Part shown: one piece after another, positions 54,201 through 64,000 of the stretch
Layout: the number at the start of each line of letters is the position of its first letter
How positions within the stretch are numbered: the first letter of the stretch is position 1
Source of the DNA: Auanema rhodensis
Lineage: Eukaryota; Animalia; Nematoda
Direction of reading: 5' to 3'
Assembly (NCBI GenBank): GCA_964057225.1
Contig: OZ059898.1
Span: 1,240,001-1,304,000 of the forward strand
DNA: 64,000 nucleotides
Notes under the pieces: model-generated
Database searches by the model: none
Told to the model about the DNA's origin: nothing
Seen by the model: only the letters and a program-made list of their open reading frames with translations
Translations under genes and position numbers: made by a program

Positions 54201-56864
54201 GAAAAAATTTTTGTCAAAATGTTTTTGAAAGCAATGTTGAGTGTACATGGAAACTCAACATACACTAATGCATCATTTTTCAAACGATCATAACTAATTT
54301 TTGTATTAAGCGTTTCTCAATGTGGTATAGTGCATTCGATGCGGATTTTTAAGCTGCGTCGATCTGTGTTATCAGATTTGCGCTAGCTTAAAAATGCACC
54401 GAGATATAAACTGATATAAGTTCACACTTATATCCTCGATTTTCACCCTGAAGAATTAATTTTTTCGTTGAATAACATTGTCCATCGTCTTTGCCTTGAA
54501 AAAAGGAATCTAAAAACATCTACTTTTTGCTAAATTATTTTGAAATTTTTCGAAAAAATTTTTGTCAAAATGTTTTTGGAAGCAATGTTGAGTGTACATG
54601 GAAACTCAACATACACTAATGCATCATTTTTCAAACGATCATAACTAATTTTTGTATTAAGCGTTTCTCAATGTAGTATAGTGCATTCGATGCGGATTTT
54701 TAAGCTGCGTCGATCTGTGTTATCAGATTTGCGCTAGCTTAAAAATGCACCGAGATATAAACTGATATAAGTTCACACTTATATCCTCGATTTTCACCCT
54801 GAAGAATTAATTTTTTCGTTGAATAACATTGTCCATCGTCTTTACCTTAAAAAAAGGAATCTAAAAACATCTACTTTTTGCTAAATTATTTTGAAATTTT
54901 TCGAAAAAATTTTTGTCAAAATGTTTTTGGAAGCAATGTTGAGTGTACATGGAAACTCAACATACACTAATGCATCATTTTTCAAACGATCATAACTAAT
55001 TTTTGTATTAAGCGTTTCTCAATGTAGTATAGTGCATTCGATGCGGATTTTTAAGCTGCGTCGTTCTGTGTTATCAGATTTGCGCTAGCTTAAAAATGCA
55101 CCGAGATATCAACTGATATAAGTTCACACTTATATCCTCGATTTTCACCCTGAAGAATTAATTTTTTCGTTGAATAACATTGTCCATCGTCTTTGCCTTG
55201 GAAAAAGGAATCTAAAAACATCTACTTTTTGCTAAATTATTTTGAAATTTTTTGAAAAAATTTTTGTCAAAATGTTTTTGGAAGCAATGTTGAGTGTACA
55301 TGGAAACTCAACATACACTAATGCATCATTTTTCAAACGATCATAACTAATTTCTGTATTAAGCGTTTCTCAATGTAGTATAGTGCATTCGATGCGGATT
55401 TTTAAGCTGCGTCGTTCTGTGTTATCAGATTTGCGCTAGCTTAAAAATGCACCGAGATATCAACTGATATAAGTTCACACTTATATCCTCGATTTTCACC
55501 CTGAAGAATTAATTTTTTCGTCGAATAACATTGTCCATCGTCTTTGCCTTGAAAAAAGAAATCTAAAAACATCTACTTTTTGCTAAATTATTTTGAAATT
55601 TTTCGAAAAAATTTTTGTCAAAATGTTTTTGGAAGCAATGTTGAGTGTACATGGAAACTCAACATACACTAATGCATCATTTTTCAAACGATCATAACTA
55701 ATTTTTGTATTAAGCGTTTCTCAATGTGGTATAGTGCATTCGATGCGGATTTTTAAGCTGCGTCGATCTGTGTTATCAGATTTGCGCTAGCTTAAAAATG
55801 CACCGAGATATAAACTGATATAAGTTCACACTTATATCCTCGATTTTCACCCTGAAGAATTAATTTTTTCGTTGAATAACATTGTCCATCGTTTTTGCCT
55901 TGAAAAAAGGAATCTAAAAACATCTACTTTTTGCTAAATTATTTTGAAATTTTTCGAAAAAATTTTTGTCAAAATGTTTTTGGAAGCAATGTTGAGTGTA
56001 CATGGAAACTCAACATACACTAATGCATCATTTTTCAAACGATCATAACTAATTTTTGTATTAAGCGTTTCTCAATGTAGTATAGTGCATTCAATGCGGA
56101 TTTTTAAGCTGCGTCGATCTGTGTTATCAGATTTGCGCTAGCTTAAAAATGCACCGAGATATAAACTGATATAAGTTCACACTTATATCCTCGATTTTCA
56201 CCCTGAAGAATTAATTTTTTCGTTGAATAACATTGTCCATCGTCTTTGCCTTGAAAAAAGGAATCTAAAAACATCTACTTTTTGCTAAATTATTTTGAAA
56301 TTTTTCGAAAAAATTTTTGTCAAAATGTTTTTGGAAGCAATGTTGAGTGTACATGGAAACTCAACATACACTAATGCATCATTTTTCAAACGATCATAAC
56401 TAATTTTTGTATTAAGCGTTTCTCAATGTAGTATAGTGCATTCGATGCGGATTTTTAAGCTGCGTCGATCTGTGTTATCAGATTTGCGCTAGCTTAAAAA
56501 TGCACCGAGATATAAACTGATATAAGTTCACACTTATATCCTCGATTTTCACCATGAAGAATTAATTTTTTCGTTGAATAACATTGTCCATCGTCTTTAC
56601 CTTAAAAAAAGGAATCTAAAAACATCTACTTTTTGCTAAATTATTTTGAAATTTTTCGAAAAAATTTTTGTCAAAATGTTTTTGGAAGCAATGTTGAGTG
56701 TACATGGAAACTCAACATACACTAATGCATCATTTTTCAAACGATCATAACTAATTTTTGTATTAAGCGTTTCTCAATGTAGTATAGTGCATTCGATGCG
56801 GATTTTTAAGCTGCGTCGATCTGTGTTATCAGATTTGCGCTAGCTTAAAAATGCACCGAGATAT

Positions 56865-59800
56865 AAACTGATATAAGTTCACACTTATATCCTCGATTTT
56901 CACCCTGAAGAATTAATTTTTTCGTTGAATAACATTGTCCATCGTCTTTGCCTTGAAAAAAGGAATCTAAAAACATCTACTTTTTGCTAAATTATTTTGA
57001 AATTTTTCGAAAAAATTTTTGTCAAAATGTTTTTGGAAGCAATGTTGAGTGTACATGGAAACTCAACATACACTAATGCATCATTTTTCAAACGATCATA
57101 ACTAATTTTTGTATTAAGCGTTTCTCAATGTGGTATAGTGCATTCGATGCGGATTTTTAAGCTGCGTCGATCTGTGTTATCAGATTTGCGCTAGCTTAAA
57201 AATGCACCGAGATATAAACTGATATAAGTTCACACTTATATCCTCGATTTTCACCCTGAAGAATTAATTTTTTCGTTGAATAACATTGTCCATCGTTTTT
57301 GCCTTGAAAAAAGGAATCTAAAAACATCTACTTTTTGCTAAATTATTTTGAAATTTTTCGAAAAAATTTTTGTCAAAATGTTTTTGGAAGCAATGTTGAG
57401 TGTACATGGAAACTCAACATACACTAATGCATCATTTTTCAAACGATCATAACTAATTTTTGTATTAAGCGTTTCTCAATGTAGTATAGTGCATTCAATG
57501 CGGATTTTTAAGCTGCGTCGATCTGTGTTATCAGATTTGCGCTAGCTTAAAAATGCACCGAGATATAAACTGATATAAGTTCACACTTATATCCTCGATT
57601 TTCACCCTGAAGAATTAATTTTTTCGTTGAATAACATTGTCCATCGTCTTTGCCTTGAAAAAAGGAATCTAAAAACATCTACTTTTTGCTAAATTATTTT
57701 GAAATTTTTCGAAAAAATTTTTGTCAAAATGTTTTTGGAAGCAATGTTGAGTGTACATGGAAACTCAACATACACTAATGCATCATTTTTCAAACGATCA
57801 TAACTAATTTTTGTATTAAGCGTTTCTCAATGTAGTATAGTGCATTCGATGCGGATTTTTAAGCTGCGTCGATCTGTGTTATCAGATTTGCGCTAGCTTA
57901 AAAATGCACCGAGATATAAACTGATATAAGTTCACACTTATATCCTCGATTTTCACCATGAAGAATTAATTTTTTCGTTGAATAACATTGTCCATCGTCT
58001 TTACCTTAAAAAAAGGAATCTAAAAACATCTACTTTTTGCTAAATTATTTTGAAATTTTTCGAAAAAATTTTTGTCAAAATGTTTTTGGAAGCAATGTTG
58101 AGTGTACATGGAAACTCAACATACACTAATGCATCATTTTTCAAACGATCATAACTAATTTTTGTATTAAGCGTTTCTCAATGTGGTATAGTGCATTCGA
58201 TGCGGATTTTTAAGCTGCGTCGATCTGTGTTATCAGATTTGCGCTAGCTTAAAAATGCACCGAGATATAAACTGATATAAGTTCACACTTATATCCTCGA
58301 TTTTCACCCTGAAGAATTAATTTTTTCGTTGAATAACATTGTCCATCGTCTTTACCTTGAAAAAAGGAATCTAAAAACATCTACTTTTTGCTAAATTATT
58401 TTGAAATTTTTCGAAAAAATTTTTGTCAAAATGTTTTTGGAAGCAATGTTGAGTGTACATGGAAACTCAACATACACTAATGCATCATTTTTCAAACGAT
58501 CATAACTAATTTTTGTATTAAGCGTTTCTCAATGTGGTATAGTGCATTCGATGCGGATTTTTAAGCTGCGTCGATCTGTGTTATCAGATTTGCGCTAGCT
58601 TAAAAATGCACCGAGATATAAACTGATATAAGTTCACACTTATATCCTCGATTTTCACCCTGAAGAATTAATTTTTTCGTTGAATAACATTGTCCATCGT
58701 TTTTGCCTTGAAAAAAGGAATCTAAAAACATCTACTTTTTGCTAAATTATTTTGAAATTTTTCGAAAAAATTTTTGTCAAAATGTTTTTGGAAGCAATGT
58801 TGAGTGTACATGGAAACTCAACATACACTAATGCATCATTTTTCAAACGATCATAACTAATTTTTGTATTAAGCGTTTCTCAATGTAGTATAGTGCATTC
58901 GATGCGGATTTTTAAGCTGCGTCGATCTGTGTTATCAGATTTGCGCTAGCTTAAAAATGCACCGAGATATAAACTGATATAAGTTCACACTTATATCCTC
59001 GATTTTCACCCTGAAGAATTAATTTTTTCGTTGAATAACATTGTCCATCGTCTTTGCCTTGAAAAAAGGAATCTAAAAACATCTACTTTTTGCTAAATTA
59101 TTTTGAAATTTTTCGAAAAAATTTTTGTCAAAATGTTTTTGGAAGCAATGTTGAGTGTACATGGAAACTCAACATACACTAATGCATCATTTTTCAAACA
59201 ATCATAACTAATTTTTGTATTAAGCGTTTCTCAATGTGGTATAGTGCATTCGATGCGGATTTTTAAGCTGCGTCGATCTGTGTTATCAGATTTGCGCTAG
59301 CTTAAAAATGCACCGAGATATAAACTGATATAAGTTCACACTTATATCCTCGATTTTCACCCTGAAGAATTATTTTTTTCGTTGAATAACATTGTCCATC
59401 GTCTTTACCTTGAAAAAAGGAATCTAAAAACATCTACTTTTTGCTAAATTATTTTGAAATTTTTTGAAAAAATTTTTGACAAAATGTTTTTGGAAGCAAT
59501 GTTGAGTGTACATGGAAACTCAACATACACTAATGCATCATTTTTCAAACGATCATAACTAATTTTTGTTTTAAGCGTTTCTCAATGTGGTATAGTGCAT
59601 TCGATGCGGATTTTTAAGCTGCGTCGATCTGTGTTATCAGATTTGCGCTAGCTTAAAAATGCACCGAGATATAAACTGATATAAGTTCACACTTATATCC
59701 TCGATTTTCACCCTGAAGAATTAATTTTTTCGTTGAATAACATTGTCCATCGTCTTTACCTTGAAAAAAGGAATCTAAAAACATCTACTTTTTGCTAAAT

Positions 59801-62800
59801 TATTTTGAAATTTTTCGAAAAAATTTTTGTCAAAATGTTTTTGGAAGCAATGTTGAGTGTACATGGAAACTCAACATACACTAATGCATCATTTTTCAAA
59901 CGATCATAACTAATTTTTGTATTAAGCGTTTCTCAATGTAGTATAGTGCATTCGATGCGGATTTTTAAGCTGCGTCGATCTGTGTTATCAGATTTGCGCT
60001 AGCTTAAAAATGCACCGAGATATAAACTGATATAAGTTCACACTTATATCCTCGATTTTCACCCTGAAGAATTAATTTTTTCGTTGAATAACATTGTCCA
60101 TCGTCTTTGCCTTGAAAAAAGGAATCTAAAAACATCTACTTTTTGCTAAATTATTTTGAAATTTTTCGAAAAAATTTTTGTCAAAATGTTTTTGGAAGCA
60201 ATGTTGAGTGTACATGGAAACTCAACATACACTAATGCATCATTTTTCAAACAATCATAACTAATTTTTGTATTAAGCGTTTCTCAATGTGGTATAGTGC
60301 ATTCGATGCGGATTTTTAAGCTGCGTCGATCTGTGTTATCAGATTTGCGCTAGCTGAAAAATGCACCGAGATATAAACTGATATAAGTTCACACTTATAT
60401 CCTCGATTTTCACCCTGAAGAATTAATTTTTTCGTTGAATAACATTGTCCATCGTCTTTACCTTGAAAAAAGGAATCTAAAAACATCTACTTTTTGCTAA
60501 ATTATTTTGAAATTTTTCGAAAAAATTTTTGTCAAAATGTTTTTGGAAGCAATGTTGAGTGTACATGGAAACTCAACATACACTAATGCATCATTTTTCA
60601 AACGATCATAACTAATTTTTGTATTAAGCGTTTCTCAATGTGGTATAGTGCATTCGATGCGGATTTTTAAGCTGCGTCGATCTGTGTTATCAGATTTGCG
60701 CTAGCTTAAAAATGCACCGAGATATAAACTGATATAAGTTCACACTTATATCCTCGATTTTCACCCTGAAGAATTAATTTTTTCGTTGAATAACATTGTC
60801 CATCGTCTTTGCCTTGAAAAAAGGAATCTAAAAACATCTACTTTTTGCTAAATTATTTTGAAATTTTTCGAAAAAATTTTTGTCAAAATGTTTTTGGAAG
60901 CAATGTTGAGTGTACATGGAAACTCAACATACACTAATGCATCATTTTTCAAACAATCATAACTAATTTTTGTATTGAGCGTTTCTCAATGTAGTATAGT
61001 GCATTCGATGCGGATTTTTAAGCTGCGTCGATCTGTGTTATCAGATTTGCGCTAGCTTAAAAATGCACCGAGATATAAACTGATATAAGTTCACACTTAT
61101 ATCCTCGATTTTCACCCTGAAGAATTAATTTTTTCGTTGAATAACATTGTCCATCGTCTTTGCCTTGAAAAAAGGAATCTAAAAACATCTACTTTTTGCT
61201 AAATTATTTTGAAATTTTTCGAAAAAATTTTTGTCAAAATGTTTTTGGAAGCAATGTTGAGTGTACATGGAAACTCAACATACACTAATGCATCATTTTT
61301 CAAACGATCATAACTAATTTTTGTATTAAGCGTTTCTCAATGTGGTATAGTGCATTCGATGCGGATTTTTAAGCTGCGTCGATCTGTGTTATCAGATTTG
61401 CGCTAGCTTAAAAATGCACCGAGATATAAACTGATATAAGTTCACACTTATATCCTCGATTTTCACCCTGAAGAATTAATTTTTTCGTTGAATAACATTG
61501 TCCATCGTCTTTGCCTTGAAAAAAGGAATCTAAAAACATCTACTTTTTGCTAAATTATTTTGAAATTTTTCGAAAAAATTTTTGTCAAAATGTTTTTGGA
61601 AGCAATGTTGAGTGTACATGGAAACTCAACATACACTAATGCATCATTTTTCAAACGATCATAACTAATTTTTGTATTAAGCGTTTCTCAATGTGGTATA
61701 GTGCATTCGATGCGGATTTTTAAGCTGCGTCGATCTGTGTTATCAGATTTGCGCTAGCTTAAAAATGCACCGAGATATAAACTGATATAAGTTCACACTT
61801 ATATCCTCGATTTTCACCCTGAAGAATTAATTTTTTCGTTGAATAACATTGTCCATCGTTTTTGCCTTGAAAAAAGGAATCTAAAAACATCTACTTTTTG
61901 CTAAATTATTTTGAAATTTTTCGAAAAAATTTTTGTCAAAATGTTTTTGGAAGCAATGTTGAGTGTACATGGAAACTCAACATACACTAATGCATCATTT
62001 TTCAAACGATCATAACTAATTTTTGTATTAAGCGTTTCTCAATGTAGTATAGTGCATTCAATGCGGATTTTTAAGCTGCGTCGATCTGTGTTATCAGATT
62101 TGCGCTAGCTTAAAAATGCACCGAGATATAAACTGATATAAGTTCACACTTATATCCTCGATTTTCACCCTGAAGAATTAATTTTTTCGTTGAATAACAT
62201 TGTCCATCGTCTTTGCCTTGAAAAAAGGAATCTAAAAACATCTACTTTTTGCTAAATTATTTTGAAATTTTTCGAAAAAATTTTTGTCAAAATGTTTTTG
62301 GAAGCAATGTTGAGTGTACATGGAAACTCAACATACACTAATGCATCATTTTTCAAACGATCATAACTAATTTTTGTATTAAGCGTTTCTCAATGTAGTA
62401 TAGTGCATTCGATGCGGATTTTTAAGCTGCGTCGATCTGTGTTATCAGATTTGCGCTAGCTTAAAAATGCACCGAGATATAAACTGATATAAGTTCACAC
62501 TTATATCCTCGATTTTCACCATGAAGAATTAATTTTTTCGTTGAATAACATTGTCCATCGTCTTTACCTTAAAAAAAGGAATCTAAAAACATCTACTTTT
62601 TGCTAAATTATTTTGAAATTTTTCGAAAAAATTTTTGTCAAAATGTTTTTGGAAGCAATGTTGAGTGTACATGGAAACTCAACATACACTAATGCATCAT
62701 TTTTCAAACGATCATAACTAATTTTTGTATTAAGCGTTTCTCAATGTGGTATAGTGCATTCGATGCGGATTTTTAAGCTGCGTCGATCTGTGTTATCAGA

Positions 62801-64000
62801 TTTGCGCTAGCTTAAAAATGCACCGAGATATAAACTGATATAAGTTCACACTTATATCCTCGATTTTCACCCTGAAGAATTAATTTTTTCGTTGAATAAC
62901 ATTGTCCATCGTCTTTACCTTGAAAAAAGGAATCTAAAAACATCTACTTTTTGCTAAATTATTTTGAAATTTTTCGAAAAAATTTTTGTCAAAATGTTTT
63001 TGGAAGCAATGTTGAGTGTACATGGAAACTCAACATACACTAATGCATCATTTTTCAAACGATCATAACTAATTTTTGTATTAAGCGTTTCTCAATGTGG
63101 TATAGTGCATTCGATGCGGATTTTTAAGCTGCGTCGATCTGTGTTATCAGATTTGCGCTAGCTTAAAAATGCACCGAGATATAAACTGATATAAGTTCAC
63201 ACTTATATCCTCGATTTTCACCCTGAAGAATTAATTTTTTCGTTGAATAACATTGTCCATCGTTTTTGCCTTGAAAAAAGGAATCTAAAAACATCTACTT
63301 TTTGCTAAATTATTTTGAAATTTTTCGAAAAAATTTTTGTCAAAATGTTTTTGGAAGCAATGTTGAGTGTACATGGAAACTCAACATACACTAATGCATC
63401 ATTTTTCAAACGATCATAACTAATTTTTGTATTAAGCGTTTCTCAATGTAGTATAGTGCATTCGATGCGGATTTTTAAGCTGCGTCGATCTGTGTTATCA
63501 GATTTGCGCTAGCTTAAAAATGCACCGAGATATAAACTGATATAAGTTCACACTTATATCCTCGATTTTCACCCTGAAGAATTAATTTTTTCGTTGAATA
63601 ACATTGTCCATCGTCTTTGCCTTGAAAAAAGGAATCTAAAAACATCTACTTTTTGCTAAATTATTTTGAAATTTTTCGAAAAAATTTTTGTCAAAATGTT
63701 TTTGGAAGCAATGTTGAGTGTACATGGAAACTCAACATACACTAATGCATCATTTTTCAAACAATCATAACTAATTTTTGTATTAAGCGTTTCTCAATGT
63801 GGTATAGTGCATTCGATGCGGATTTTTAAGCTGCGTCGATCTGTGTTATCAGATTTGCGCTAGCTTAAAAATGCACCGAGATATAAACTGATATAAGTTC
63901 ACACTTATATCCTCGATTTTCACCCTGAAGAATTATTTTTTTCGTTGAATAACATTGTCCATCGTCTTTACCTTGAAAAAAGGAATCTAAAAACATCTAC
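56865..64000. repeat. Block of at least 7.3 monomers duplicated at a 13-monomer offset (U163-U170 = U176-U183), second copy running off the window
   Basis: The CACCATG variant base lies at 57958 and 62521 (offset 4563 = 13 x 351). Flanking C82T+G282A, G86A, AAACAATC and GAATTATTTT monomers follow in the same order. Confidence 0.87.

Larger units (their letters stand above)
1..64000. repeat. Tandem satellite DNA array, 351-bp monomer, about 182.3 copies, single orientation, running off both ends of the window
   Basis: The unit start (A/C)AACTGATATAAGTTCACAC recurs at 1, 352, 3511, 7021, 14041, 21061, 28081 and 35101, all exact multiples of 351 from position 1. It then recurs at 42122 (+1) and at 49143, 63183 and 63885 (+2). 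I saw no unique or foreign sequence anywhere in the window. Confidence 0.99.

Noticed and set aside
1-64000. CRISPR array or other repeat-spacer system
   Set aside because: The hairpins recur regularly, but the sequence between them is also repeated. There are no unique spacers and no cas or other genes.

Overview
The whole 64 kb window is one uninterrupted head-to-tail tandem array of an AT-rich 351-bp monomer (about 31% GC by hand count of monomer 1). It holds 182 complete copies plus a 116-bp partial copy, all in the same orientation, and copies typically differ from the majority sequence at only 0-6 positions. This is the architecture of eukaryotic satellite DNA (plausibly pericentromeric or centromeric, which the sequence alone cannot show). 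I do not recognise the family or species. I found no credible protein-coding gene, RNA gene, transposon insertion or CRISPR array, and the single listed ORF is an artefact of one mutated monomer. I found no new gene system. The structure worth following up is non-coding. (i) Each monomer has four dyad/hairpin elements whose spacing recurs at about 175 bp. (ii) Diagnostic SNPs reveal nested higher-order duplications with offsets of 2, 3, 4, 5, 7, 8, 13 and 30 monomers, plus chimeric monomers marking unequal crossovers. (iii) Variants turn over from left to right along the array. (iv) Monomer length is almost perfectly conserved, with two 1-bp insertions in 64 kb. Convention: monomer Un starts at 1+(n-1)*351, plus 1 from U107 and plus 2 from U131; 'm' positions are positions within the monomer. 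All variant calls were read by eye and should be confirmed by alignment.
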